NCBI GenBank assembly: GCA_030704615.1
Contig: CM060731.1
Span: 51,336,001-51,400,000, forward strand
Origin: Takakia lepidozioides
Lineage: Eukaryota; Plantae; Bryophyta
Direction of reading: 5' to 3'
DNA length: 64,000 nt
Shown: in pieces, positions 1 through 12,484 of the stretch
Layout of the letters: the number at the start of each line of letters is the position of its first letter
How positions within the stretch are numbered: the stretch's first letter is position 1
Made by a program: the position numbers and the translations under genes
The notes under the pieces: generated by a model
What the model was told of the DNA's origin: nothing
Database searches by the model: none
What the model saw: the letters and a program-made list of their open reading frames with translations, nothing else

Positions 1-24
1 TGACAGCAATAGATTTTGTAAAAA

Positions 25-460
25 TCATTGTATGAAAACATAGAGTAAAGATCATGGTGTAGAATTGTTTGAAGTGAGAACAGATCCTGGTGTAAAATCA
101 TGGTGTAAAGATCATGGTGTAGAATTGTTGGCAACATACAGAACCAGTGTATCCGAGTAGCTTGTGGAAAATAGAGTGGGTAGCAATAAAATGAGGTATC
201 ATTTTCCCAAGATATCATTTTTCCAAGGTAACATTTTCCCCAGATATGTAACATTTTCTCAAGGTAACATTTTCCCAAGGTAGCAATTTCCCAAGGGAGC
301 CAGTAGTTCCGAGTATCTTATAAAGAAGAGTGGGAACGTACTGAGTGGCAACCGTTCGAGTTAGAGTGGTACAGTGAGGTAGCATTTTCCCAAGGGAACC
401 AGTAGCTCCAAAAATCTTGTAAAAGAAAGTGAGAATGTACTGAGTGGCAATCGTTCAAGA
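25..460. repeat. Degenerate short tandem and direct repeats
   Basis: gtaaagatcatggtgtagaattgtt occurs twice and (g)gtaacattttccc-like units about 5 times. A ~98-bp imperfect duplication covers ~288-360 and ~386-460. Confidence 0.7.
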
Positions 461-498
461 AATAGCCTGTAAGAGCACTTTGGGGGTTAGAGCAAGAA

Positions 499-1010
499 TT
501 ATGGTACAAAACATATGAAGATATAACAGTACATGGGGAAAAATGAGGCAAGAAGATCACAGTGTACAACATGAATAGCAGGAGCATGTGCATCTGAGTT
601 AGTAAGATGTAGATAAACAGTAGGGGTGACGACAAGGAACGAGGCCTTGTCATATAGATGGGAAGAGAGGTACATGCTGGTCAGACATTGTTTGGTGTTG
701 GTGTAAAAGCAGGTACGACTATGAGAGCATAGAACTATTATGTGGGAGGGCCAGGCATAATAGGGCAGGGGCAGGCCTGCTTTGATAGAGCCATGAGACC
801 ATTTACATTGGGTCTGATTTAAAGCGGGCTTGGCAAGCAGCAGATGCATGGTAAGAGTCCTTAGCTTTGGAAAGGAATCATGCAGCATACAGTATGGCAG
901 CACTAGTAAGGGAGAAATAGATAAGTCGAGGTGGTGACCTGTGCTGAGACTAAGCTCAGGCGGATATAAATTGAGAGGTCTTGTACTTGGATAAGTAAAT
1001 TGTGTTACCA
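499..1010 (-). mobile_element. Possible degraded Penelope-like reverse transcriptase fragment
   Basis: Translation gives NLYPPELSL..HLDLSIS and HLYDK..YLHL, resembling PLE RT and thumb motifs. No YxDD was found and the motif spacing is atypical. Confidence 0.25.
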
Positions 1011-1849
1011 TGGGCGGTGGTTGACATGGGGAAGTCTGTTGAGATTGCTGGTCTTGAGCAGCAGAGTGCCTTTGGGGTTTGTGTGGCTGAGCCTGCTGGA
1101 CAGTGGGTTGCCACTTAAAGTTGGGAGGCCATCTGGGACATAACAACTGTACATCAGAGAGTAATGACAATACATTGTATGCAATGTGAAGTATTTTTAT
1201 CAAGGAGGAGGGGAGTAGCCAAGACTGGGGAGAGGGGTGAGTGTGCTCCCTGAGAGTAAAGGGACATTGAGATGATTGGGGACAAAGGTGGAGCCGCCAC
1301 TGCTGCCACTGCCAGGGCTCCAGAGTGTTCTTACTGGCAGCTGCATTCCTGATGCTGGTGTGCTGGTGCTGCGGATGCATTGAGGCACGGGCAGGGACGG
1401 TAATCCAGCGGGAAGACATGCGAGTGGAGGGAGTGGGCGAGCTGGAAAGGTTGAGAGGCCAGCAGTTAGGGGTGCTCGAGCATGGGAGTAGCTTTTGAAG
1501 TCCCAAACATAAGCCAGAGCGCTGTTTGCTGCGACAGCAGGGCTCTTCATAGAGCAAGAATACTCGGACTGTTGTCTCGCATGAGCTGTGCTATGGAGCC
1601 TTTGCAGCAGTAAGTTATTGACGGCTGCAATCCGGTCATGTTTCCTGAAGCACTTGACATGCTTCACTGATGGGATATGCCGAAGGTTGAGATCAAGGTG
1701 GAGAGGGTTGACGTCAAAATGAGAGGAGGCAAAAAGGCTTGCTTTGTGCTTGGAGTGAATACAACCACTAACAGCAGCATTGCATCTGAGGGAGCGGGGG
1801 TGGAGTCTCATCAACTGCCCATGTCGGAGCACCGGGGTGATAAAGTTGG

Positions 1850-2830
1850 CAGTTGCAGCTTGACGTGTATCGTTCATGCTCGCACAGTTGGCATACATAT
1901 CTGCAGGGGCAGTCTCCAGGACGACATCTGTAGCAATTCCAGCTTTGACATGGCCATCCAACCTGGCCTGCTGCTTCTGCCGTGGAGGCAGGGGTAATTC
2001 AACAAGAAGATCTCTACTTAAGAGGCCATAAGCATAATGAGAACCTGGGGAGGGACATTCATCAAACAGGATGGGAGGCAGTATAACTGAGTTCCTGCCA
2101 TCTCTCAACATAACACCATGATCAAGTAGCTGCCCCTTCAGCTTCCTGTGATCGAACTCATAAGTTGTAAGAAATTCTATCAAGGTCCTCCAATGACGCG
2201 AGTTCATGAAATTCACTGTACCGCATCCATTCTCAGCATATCCAGCTATCATTGTATTCCATGAGATCCCAGCTCGTTTAAGCATGTCATCAAACACATG
2301 TCGTGCATCATTCAAGTTCCCGCATTTGGCATACATGGCAGAAAGGGCAGTCTTCAGATTGACATCTTGCATAATGCTAGCTTTGATGATAACAACATGG
2401 ACGCCTTTGTCCATTCCCAGGGCTGCAAGAGTGGCACACGTACTGAGAACACAAATGGGTGTTACATTGTCGGGCTGCACACCTTTCCATTGCATTTGTA
2501 CATACATCTCAAAAGCTTCCCTACCACAACCTTGCTGGGCATATCCTACAATGACCGAGCTCCATGAGACCACATCTCGTTGATTCATATTGTTGAACAG
2601 TACACGCGCTTCCTTCATGCCCCCGCACTTGGCATACACACTTGTGAGGGTATTTTTCAGATTCATATATGATGGGATTCCAGCTTTGATGATATCAGCG
2701 TGGACCTCTTTGCCCTTTTCCAAGGCACCAAGACTGGCACACGCAAATGAGAACACAAATGAACATGATCCTGTCTGGTCTCACACCTTCCCGTTGCAAT
2801 TGCTCATAGATAGCTGGGAACATGCCCCAA
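1850..2830 (-). pseudogene. PLS-class PPR gene fragments within a chimeric ORF
   Basis: PLS motifs (CASLGALEKGKEVHADII, MYAKCG..DARHVF, DVVSWS) at ~2225-2830 and ~1850-1970, interrupted by non-PPR sequence. Frameshift near 2760; no N-terminus or E/DYW domain. Confidence 0.85.
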
Positions 2831-4284
2831 AGCGGTGAGTGTTTGATGGCAGGTGGCAGGCCATGTTGGAGGTTAGGAGAATCATACCAGCGCCCTTTGG
2901 GGGGTCTGTCGAGAAATTTGCCATCGTATGGTACAGCAGCCAGGTAACAAAATACGCTGGCCCCGATTCTAGGTCGAGCGGGGTGTGCTTCGTACCTTTC
3001 CATCACTGCCCCTTCCTTCCTGTTGTTGTCGTACTTGTACTGAAACTGTTTGTGGGGGTGGAGGCAGATTATGATGTCACTAATACCACTCATATTGTTG
3101 TTGTTCAAAACACCAGCCTGGCCAGCCACCATGCCTATCTGCCCAGGCTCGTTTCTCCAAGAGCCTTCCCCTGCGACCTTGTGCTCATTCATGCCAGATC
3201 TGCGGCGTGCAAGGTTAGGGATCACTCCGCCAGATCTGCCAGATACCGCTCCTGAAACAACACTAAACTGCATGTTGGATTTAGCATTCAATACATCAGC
3301 CTGGGAATCACAGCTGAGGTACTGAGTAAGGAGGCGACCTTGGGGGAGAATCGTCCCATGGAATGCCTTGAAGCCAAAAGGGGCCAGTCTGAAATAAAAT
3401 TGCCCTGATGGGTTGCGTTGCCAGAAAAGCTCAGCACCCCGCCACTGCCTGGCAATGAGTTGCCCTGCAACGGCGCCAAACTTAGGTCCTCGGTGGTTAT
3501 CTGTTGTTGAAGAGCTCTGGGGGCAGGTTGCGTGGCAGACACCAGTTGTGAGGGCTCTTGCGGTGTACTCATAAGCTTCAGATTTAGCATTGCACACCTT
3601 GGTCCATTTTGTGACCTCTTTCGCTGGGAGCACGGTACAGCCAGGCATGTAAAACAGTCGATTGGAAACACCAGGGGGATGTCGTTTGTACCGCTCCAGA
3701 TGGAGATCGAACATGGTGTAGTGCAAGGTCTTCAAAACATGCAGCAAGCATCGTGCGAAGAGATCTTCAAGCAAGTGGATTTGTATATAGCCCACCGTAG
3801 ACACTAGTCTGCAGACGACACCCTGCATAGTTCTAGGATAATCATAGTGTCCCGCACTTCATTCCACAAAATCGCAGAAGATACATAGTGAATACGGGGT
3901 GGGGAGAACGAAACTTGTAAGGGCGCCCGCAGCACCATCGTAGTATAATGGGAGCTCTCGGAACAACTCGGACTGGGGCTTAGTAGCTTCAACCTTCGTA
4001 GTAAGCCAATGTAGTTGGTGCGTAGGAGCTCGAGTGCGCAAAGAAGCGTAGATCCTATCCTGATACAGAGGGGGTGGGTGGAAAGACTTCCACCCGCACA
4101 TCGGGTCATCGTCATAGGCAGAGATATCGGGAGTGGCAGTATTGAGCTTGAGGGTGAAAAGCTTAACAGAATCTAGCAATGCATAGCTTAAAAGAAGCGC
4201 AAGAGTCAGGCAATATAGAGCAGAGTAACAACTATCCTTAGCAGGGCAACAACGCTGCGTAGCAGCGTGGCGAGCACGAGACAT
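2830..4284 (-). pseudogene. Intronless type-II-membrane-like protein of unknown function with one in-frame stop
   Basis: ORFs 3859..4356 and 2695..3828 share a frame and are separated by a single TGA (3859-3861). There is an N-terminal hydrophobic segment (YSALYCLTLALLLSYALL), and the 3' end runs into PPR sequence. Confidence 0.45.
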
Positions 4285-4389
4285 GGCGGCGGCCACAGCT
4301 AGAAGCAGAGATCGTGGCAGAGTGGCGGAGCCGCTAGAGAAATTATGAAATAACACATAGACGCTAAATAATATAGCGGAACCCTAGAT

Positions 4390-6168
4390 ATAAGTCATGA
4401 CTACAGATTCTGGCGACGGTAATGGCAAGAGGGCGGAGCTCCGGCCTCACGATCGTGCCCTTTTAAAATAGTGTTAAATCGTCTTGACGCCCCCCACAAT
4501 GTATCCCGGACCCTATACGATGAGGCTCTATCATATGCGGATGTTGGAGAAGAAGAAGATGAAGACATGGTAATTGAAACCGAGGTGGAAGATGATTCAT
4601 ATGTGCCTTTTGGTGACCATGCCATTTATGACCACGACTCTGATAAGCAAGAAGACATGCAACTTGATGAGGACGAAGAAACTCCGGATGATGATGTTCA
4701 AGTTGATTAGACACGTAATCAAAGCTACATAATAATTCTCGCACAGAACTCTACCCATCCCTTTGATTGATTGTACATGTACATGCATGTAGCTTATTTC
4801 TATGATTGATTAATGAAAATCCATGAAAAAAAAATCCTTTGTAGGTGTGGCGATTTAGGAATGATTTTAGTGAAGTTGTGACTCGAAAAGTGACTCTAGG
4901 ATTGTTGAGTTTTTGTACGAGGGCAAGAATGTTGGAAGACATGGTTCTTGTTATACAACTGTTGACCAAGACTTACCCCTGGAAACCCTTCAATCGATTT
5001 GGTTACCATGATCTCGATGCAACAGAAAGAAATTGGTGTGAAAGACAACAATGTTGCCAAAGCCATTGCCAAAGCAATTTGCCCTCAACCCTCTAATCTC
5101 ATGGCCCTTCCCTTTTCCTTTCCTAGAGTCCCCACCCCCTTTTCTTGCCCTTTCTCTTTAACAATAAGGCCGCCCGAGTTGATCACGGTCTCCCACATGC
5201 AAGACTATTATATTGTAGCACAGAAGGAGGACTAAAAAGATTTGCAACAATGAATCCATTCAGCTTGGCCTCTGCCATGACCTTTGCAAAGACACAGAAA
5301 AGACAATATTGCGATTCCCCGCCGTCGCAGACCTGTTGGGGCATCGCAATGTCGTCGCAATACCGTCGCAAGGCGACTCCTGGAGGTCGCAACCCCCTGC
5401 ATTTATAATATCTATGATTGCGGATTTTTCCTACGCAATGATTTTTGTTTTAGTTCTATTTTGTTTTGTGAATGCAAACCCCAGACCACTACATCCATGG
5501 AAAAAATTGGACCAAACAAAAAAAAAAAACAAAAAAACAAACAAAAAAAACAAAGAGTTTCCTTCACTCACTATTGCGGAACTCTCTATGGAGAGTGCAT
5601 GAAGTTGAAAAGAACTTAACTTGGGAGTGCAAATGAGGGAAGAAAATATGGTTTTCAGTCCAAATGATTTCTGTTCACTCCCAAAATTTGCACACACATT
5701 GCAAACGCTGTCATTAAGCATATGGCTTGGGAACGGAATAAAACAAAATCATCTTCATGTGCAAAAAATCATCATCCCACCTGAGAGGAGGAGGAGGAGG
5801 ATGTGGCGGCGGCCGTCAAGTTTGCTGGGATCGGTACCAATGGTGGTAGAAAGAACTATGGCCCTGTTATACAGCAAGAGAGAAGGAGCACTCTCTCGTG
5901 TTGCGATTCCCTACAGTCGCAGCCTTGCGGGAGCGTCGCAGAGGGTACGTGCGACGCAACCCGCAGCTTGCTGGCGGATCATGCCCCAACAGTAGCGACG
6001 TGGCGGAATTGCAAGCAGGTGAAGCGTCACTAGAGCGGCGCGGCGGCGACGGGCCGACGTCGCAATGTCCGGGCCGGGCGCCTGCACGACGCTGCAGTTG
6101 CAGGAGGGTCGTCGCGTCTGGCGCGCCCGGGGTCTTGGCGTCGATAACCCCCCCTAAACGTAGTAGTG
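4390..6168 (+). mobile_element. CACTA (En/Spm) DNA transposon remnant, one terminus
   Basis: Ends in TAGTAGTG (6161-6168, reverse complement of CACTACTA). Clustered GTCGCA/GCGAC subterminal motifs at 5310-5395 and 5915-6145, and an acidic ORF tail at 4471-4710. No matching other terminus was seen. Confidence 0.55.
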
Positions 6169-6789
6169 CTTGTGTGCAAGCTTTGAGATCTACACTCTAG
6201 AATCAACTTTCCCACTCTCAGTAGTCAGTGGTTCAACTGTCGTAAGATAGTGGCCATCACTATTCCTAAACCTTATGGACTCAAGCTGGTTTCCCACAAT
6301 CGTCAAGTACAACGATGTTCTAGGAAGGTATGTACGTTTCCATTTGCTCCCAGTACCAAAATCCCTTCGAGACTTGAAGACCAGTTGTCGAAATTTCGAC
6401 CAGAGCCCCATTGCGCCAATAACTTATCACGAGTTCCAATGTCCCTTGAACTCATATACATGTTTTCTCATATGCATCGCCACACTATACCATGTGAGAG
6501 CAAGTGTGGCTGATAGACTAAACAATCAGAGAGGATAATGACACCCGACAAGTGTTACCTCAAAACCCACAAGAACCCACATGAGTACTATTGAACAGAG
6601 CACACTCAACAACATGGGGGTAGCACAACTGAATGAAGTCACAGTCAAAATGCCAAAGAAGTGCGTGCACAAGAGGGAGCAACGAAAGAAAATAAAAATG
6701 CAAGAAGAAATATGGTTTTGACAATGCCACCCCAGCTGCTATACCAGCTAATCCATGAAACATTCCCGACTGGGTCACGACCATTGATC

Positions 6790-7540
6790 AGCCCGACGAT
6801 GACCAATTCCCGTATAGGCCAGCAGTGGGAAGCAGGTAGTTCGCCAGCCAAGGTACGCGCCTCTTGACATCACATACTCTGTGAGTCACGCTGGCAAATT
6901 TCTCAAAGTGCCAAGCCCCCGCACGTCAATGCTGTTAAGCGGGTGCTGAAATACCTGCGCGGTACTCCCAACATGCGGATTACATATTTCGGAGGAGGCC
7001 AACAAACCAACCAGCTTATCGCCTACTGCGATGCAGATTTTGCAGGTGATGTTGATGATCGTAAGTCCCGTTCTGGATACATTCTCATGCTGAACGGTGG
7101 TCCTATTGCTTGGGGGAGCAAGAAGCAAACTTGTACAGCCACAAGCACAACTAAATCGGAGTACATCGCCGCTCATCATGCCAGCAGAGAGATTGTTTTC
7201 ATCCGGCAACTTCTTGCAGATTTGGGCTATCCACAGCCTCAGCCCACTGTACTATATAGCGACAACCAAGCCGCAGTTTGTTTGATTCTCAACCCTGAGT
7301 TTCACCAGAGGACCAAGCATGTTGATATCCGATACCACAAGATTCGCGAGGAGGCTCACAGGCATGAGCTTTTTCCCCGGTATATTCCCACAGACAGCCA
7401 GTTGGCTGACATCTTATCGAAGCATCTGCCCCGTGACAAGTTCGTTCGGCTTCGGGGACAGATGGCCTGATCGAGACAAAGATTGACGAGAACACGGGCC
7501 AAGACCAGTGAACATCCCCCGAGTGAGAGTATTAAGAAAA
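6790..7540 (+). mobile_element. Ty1/Copia LTR retrotransposon fragment (RT C-terminus and RNase H)
   Basis: Motifs FPYRPAVGS, AVKRVLKYLRGT, AYCDADFAGDVDDRKSRSGY, SDNQAA, HQRTKHVDIRYH and QLADILSK; purine-rich tract at ~7521. Confidence 0.93.
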
Positions 7541-8212
7541 TATATGTTGGTAACCCCAATAGCAAAGCTATCAGCGATGTACGAGTGAGGTTCACCGGGT
7601 ATCGTGGCTAACACCGGGTATCGTTTGTATTCTGGGAGGCAGCATGGAAACCATCATGAGCCTCTTTCCCACTGATCAGCCTGTAGTACTAATGAGACCG
7701 TCTCCCTTACCTTTTGCTAAGTTATCCGTGTATAGTATTGTGGTTTAGCACTGTCAGGCTAGTGAGCCAAGCCGTTGTCCTGTGCAAAGGACGCATTGTA
7801 CCAAAAGTTGTGCTTTGTGCTCAGAGATTAATACACTGGAATGGGGTTTGTGGTACATTCGGTGTATGTGTGAGTGAGTCACAGTTGTGGTTATTTAATG
7901 CCTGTTTTTAGCCACTTTAACAGATACTGAGGTTGAGGAGAGTGAAAGAAACCTCCAGGGATCCTCCTATTGCAATTAGTAGTACAATCATCCTACACAA
8001 CAACTCCCTAAGAGAATGTCTTTTAACCCTCAATCTCCCAAATGTGTTTTGGAGATTTGTGGCAGCATCCGCAGATGCTCTCAGATGGGGATGACGATAC
8101 GAGCTCCGGATTCTTCTCAAAGACTTATTCCCTTCTGTCAGGATGAGGGATGAAAAGAAATAAATTATGACACAAGCTATTTTTGGTTATTTCGGACTTA
8201 TCAATATATGAG

Positions 8213-8456
8213 CACATCAGCTGGTAGCTCAGCTGGTAAGTGCACAGTGTGTCACCCTGGTGGTTCGGGGTTCAAACCCGCTGCCCTGCCTGGTGTGTGG
8301 ATCGTTCGTGACCGGTTGGTCTGGTGGTGATGTTTCCCACCTGTGTGCCTAATGGCTTCTCTGAAAGGGGGTTGATTTTCCCCCCTCCTCAAGGGCCTGA
8401 ATCGTGAGCTCCCAGGTTTTTTTTTTAAGAAAATAAAATAAAATATGTATATATAC
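8213..8456 (+). mobile_element. tRNA-derived SINE
   Basis: Pol III box A (TAGCTCAGCTGG) and box B (GGTTCAAACCC), a non-tRNA body and an A-rich tail. Candidate 9-bp TSD atatatgag at 8204-8212 and 8457-8465. Confidence 0.8.
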
Positions 8457-9039
8457 ATATATGAGTCGAGATGTTTGTTTTGTTTTGTTTTGTTGGCCCT
8501 GCCCTCCTAAGGCAGGACTACGCAAAGGGTTCAGCTGCTTTAGCACCGATACTTTCAATTACACTTCCAATTTGATTGAGACAGATGCCACCAAAATATT
8601 CTGTCCATATTTCTAATGAATGACATCCCCTGGACGAAGTTCATGGTCAAAACTAGTTTTGTTTGGCCTTTAGGTCTGGAGTTCAACTTCTTGTGCATGC
8701 CATAGATGAGGACATTACCCTGCGTGCCACTTGGGTGATTCAAGGCTCAAATCCTGTTACCTTGACAACATGAAGCAAGCTTACGTGTAAAGCGAACAAG
8801 CAAAGTCACAGTGGAGACCCTCATCTCTTGAGATGAGCTCATTGGAGAAATTGAGGCAAGGCATTAGCCCCTTTTTCTCAACTAGAAAATCGCACAAAAA
8901 CTGCCAAGACAACAGCAAGTGTAAAGATCATAGGTAGATAAGCCCAGCTAGCTCAGGCACTACGTGCATACAAGATCAATTTGACGCCAGGTAGAGTAAG
9001 TATGCAGATTTACCTTCCAGAAAAGAAAATGCCTTCCAA

Positions 9040-9345
9040 GACACCACATCTCAGTGTTGAACACTCCCTTTGCATCCTTAATGCACCCGCATTTGACATA
9101 CATGTCCACAAGGGCACTGTTCATGATGACAATGTCAGCATGGACCTCTTTCCCCTTTTCCAGAGCTCCCAGGCTTGCACACGCAAACAAATGTGATGTG
9201 GTGGGTTTCACCCCTTTGCACATCATTTGCTCATAGGTCTCCAAAGCCTCATATCCTGCAAATCTCGTTCAGCCATACTGTTGAACACTCCCTTCATACA
9301 TGTCCACGAGGGTATTGTTCAAAATGATATTTGGTACAATTGCAG
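9040..9345 (-). pseudogene. Internally deleted PLS-PPR fragment
   Basis: ACASLGALEKGKEVHADIV..NSALVDMYVKCG..DAKGVF with deletions; same motif family as 52322-54320. Confidence 0.85.
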
Positions 9346-9477
9346 AACAGCCTTATGGCAACCTAGTATAGGCACTCAAGGGTTTTAATTTTAATTTTTT
9401 TTTCCTTCAATAATGCAAATAAAGCTCCAAAGGGCTTCCTCCCCTTTTCCTTTAACAAAAAAAACAACCAACTGTCA

Positions 9478-9565
9478 GTACCTCCATTGGTTAAGTGCCC
9501 TGAATGCCACCCAGATGATTTTGGGGTCAAATCTTGCTACTGACGGGTGTGGTATGTTCGTGGGC
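9478..9565 (+). mobile_element. Degraded SINE head, same family as 8213
   Basis: Aligns by eye with 8224-8312 (degenerate box A and B, then ggtgtg..gttcgtg). Confidence 0.6.
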
Positions 9566-9566
9566 C

Positions 9567-10026
9567 CTAGAGATATCAAAAGTTAGAATGCTGACATGAA
9601 TAACAATAAATAATGTGAAAAACACAATCACCAAAAGTTTGGTTTTTTGCGTTCAGTAAACCTATGCAAAGTGGATCGATCCCTAAGGAACCTCCGAAAG
9701 GGCTTAGTCCAAATGGTACACGAAAGCAATGAAGTTGCTTCGGCTACCAAACCATACGTTTTTTTTTTATTCATTTAACTCGTGAATTGGATGATTGGGC
9801 AGGTCGGTGGACTTCCAAGAATAAACTTGGTGGAATTAGGAGAAATAGGATTCTTCCAGTGCAAAACAAATTGTATCCCAAACCAACACAGGTGAACAAG
9901 TAGAGTATACTAAGGCTTTGAGAGAACTATTTTGAAGGAACTCGGCAAAATGACCCCGTAACCTCGGGAGAAGGGGTGCTTTCCTATTCTTGGATCAGAA
10001 AAGTGGCACATACCAAGGGGTAGCGA
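9567..10026 (+). pseudogene. rrn26: NUMT: mitochondrial LSU (26S) rRNA fragment
   Basis: Conserved LSU tracts gaatgctgacatga, ccctaagg, aacacaggtgaacaagtagagtatactaagg, gaaggaactcggcaaaatgaccccgtaac and gcacatacc..gggtagcga of plant mitochondrial type. Partial and mutated. Confidence 0.88.
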
Positions 10027-10036
10027 GGTTCGGAGG

Positions 10037-10168
10037 TTCGGAGGCTCCTTAGAGATCGACTCACTTTGCGTAGGTTTACTGAACGCAGAAAACCAAACTT
10101 TTGGTGATCGTGTTTTTCACATTATTTATTGGTATTCATGTTAGCATTCTCACTTGTGATATCTCTAG
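10037..10168 (-). repeat. Inverted duplicate of 9567-9698 (rRNA-derived foldback arm)
   Basis: About 132-bp inverted repeat with 11 mismatches counted by eye; both arms end in CTAGAGATATC. Confidence 0.92.
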
Positions 10169-10309
10169 GTGTTGTCACCAACAACCTTATTTGAACTACA
10201 AAATGTTATGCTATTGACATTATATATATATATATATATACCAACCACCTCCATTTACACAGTAATTGCATGCTCCACGGTTATAGTAACCTCATCCTAA
10301 GCATAGATA

Positions 10310-12477
10310 TATAGGGAGGGTTCTGGTTGCAAACCAAATCCTTTTGGCAAGCACATGGTTCATTGCTTCTCTTTGGTCCCCGGGTCCAGCCCTCTTCAAG
10401 TCCCTCAAGGCTCTCATTAGAAACTTCATTTGGGGAGCAACGTACGTGGATTCATCTCGTCGGGCAAGGATCTCATGGCGGCAGTTGTGCCTCAAGAAAA
10501 ATGAGGGGGGCCTTGGTCTCCTTCACCATGAGACTCAAGTTTCTGCTCTTCTCGCCAAATGGGTGCCTCGTGCCCTCTCGCACTCTGCCCCTGGAGTTCA
10601 ACGAATCAACATTATGAGCATCATTCCTTCCTCTTCATCCCTCTGGCGCCCTTCTCTGCAATGGGCGGTTCCTGATAAATCTGCCAATAAACACTCTTGT
10701 GCAGGGTCCAGTGTCTGGCCTGCCATCTAGGCTGCCTGGCACAAGGTCTTCTTCAATCCCCCCCCCCCCCCCCCCCATGACTTGGGATGAATCTATTAGG
10801 CAACCTCTTTTTGAGAATGGGTTGCAACAAGGTCTGGCTTCGTGGTCTGCTAGATGGGCACCCTGGGAGCATCATGGCATTGTCACTTCAGGGAATGTGT
10901 GGGGCCTTACAGGCCCTTTGAATGTGTACTTCGCCGAGCAATATGTGGGTGCACGGCGTGCTCATCTCACCTGGGGGACTATTATTGATGCCATTCCAGA
11001 TGCGTGGAGCTCTCTGCTTCGCAATCTTATTTGGAATACCCCGACCTAGAAGGGTTGCAAGGACTCCTTGCCCGCTCGCATCTTGTTGATTACTTCCTGT
11101 GATAATGATCTTGCTCATGGGCCTAGTTTTGAAGTTCATAGCTGTGGTAGGCTGGTTTACTCTGATGATCTATCATGGCCCATGAACCTTCTTTTCTCTG
11201 TTCGTATTCTGGATGGGAAGACATGTGACATTGACCCATTACCTGATCATTCCCGCTCGACCATCAGCTTTGGGCACGATCCTCTTGGCTCTTCTAGTAT
11301 AGGAAAAGCCCCTTGCTGGATCTTTCTTTTGATCCGGGGAAATGGAAATGGTCTAGTAACAACTCCTTCTTTAACTACTCAACTAAATTGGGTTACTCGT
11401 TGTCCCTGTGCCTTTCTGTTCCCACTAAGAAATGGGCTGCTAAAGGCTCCATGTAATGCCTTTCCTGGTGAATTGGGAAAAATTATGGAAGCATATTTGG
11501 GCTCCTCAGAGGGCAGCCAAAATATCGGGTTTCCTTTGGAAAATTGGTAACATGATTCTCCCTGTGGGTTCATCCTTGGTCCCCTCAATCTGCTTGCTCC
11601 ATTTGCAATGAAGGATTGACCGACTATTTGGAGCATTGTCTTTTTAGTTGCAGGTTTGCTTCTAGCATATGGTCTCGGATCAGGGCTTTTGTATCAATAA
11701 CACCAGGAAGGGGCTTTGGAAGGACTTGAGAAGTTTGTCCACCCAAACCCATGAGGAGGAAACCAGTGTCACAATTCATCTACTCAATCTCCATCAGGGG
11801 CAGCTCTGGTCCAAATGTGCTATTTGGTCATGCCTTCGCTCTCTCTCTCTCTGGCAAATCTGGAAAACTCGTTGTGCTAACTTATTTTTGGGCACAGCCC
11901 CCTCCATTGCTGCTTCATTGCAGTTTATTTATTTCAATCTTCTAATTGAAGGGCGTAAGGCTTGGGAGGTTTTGGTTGCAGCTCTTCTCAGATGTTCTAA
12001 AGCTAATCGTTTCAAGTTCATCAAGCTTTTGACTCCACGTGGGGTGGGCGCGGGATCATCTGCTCCAGCTATTCCAACGAAGGCACAATCTGGTCCTTCG
12101 GCATTCCCATGGCATGGTGCTTCACCTAATCACTGGCCATCTCCTGCAGATTGTGATGATGACGGCGCCACCGAAAACTCAGGAGCTCCAAGATTCAAGC
12201 TCACTTAGAATTCGAGGCTCTTAGGGCTAAGCGCTGATTAGGCTTGGGTTTAGGATGCTCTGTCTGATCCAATCATGCTCTGTCCTTGTTCGCAGATCTT
12301 TGTTCTCTGACTTCCTTGGTAGTTGTTGTTGTCGTCTTTTGTGACACTGCGATCCTGAAGTGACCTCACTTTGTACTCCTCATGGCCTGGAGGTTATTTT
12401 CTCCTCGTTATTAATTTGATTAAAATGGCCTCCGTCCCCTTTCCTTAAATTTTTGTTTAAAAAAAAAAAAAAAAAAA
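10310..12477 (+). mobile_element. 5'-truncated, degraded L1-clade LINE with poly(A) tail
   Basis: FIWG..ISWRQLCLKKNEGGLG, a zf-RVT-like C..C..EHCLFSC, WQIWKTRC, and poly(A) at 12459-12477. Confidence 0.88.
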
Positions 12478-12484
12478 CTCGACT

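Noticed and set aside
2830-4284. Assignment of the unknown ORF to a specific glycosyltransferase family
   Set aside because: Only type II membrane topology supports it; no diagnostic motif could be matched confidently.
8220-8295. Functional tRNA gene
   Set aside because: Box A and B are present but there is no convincing cloverleaf; it continues into a SINE body, tail and TSD.
9567-10026. Functional rRNA gene or organellar contig
   Set aside because: A short mutated fragment embedded among nuclear TEs, so a NUMT.
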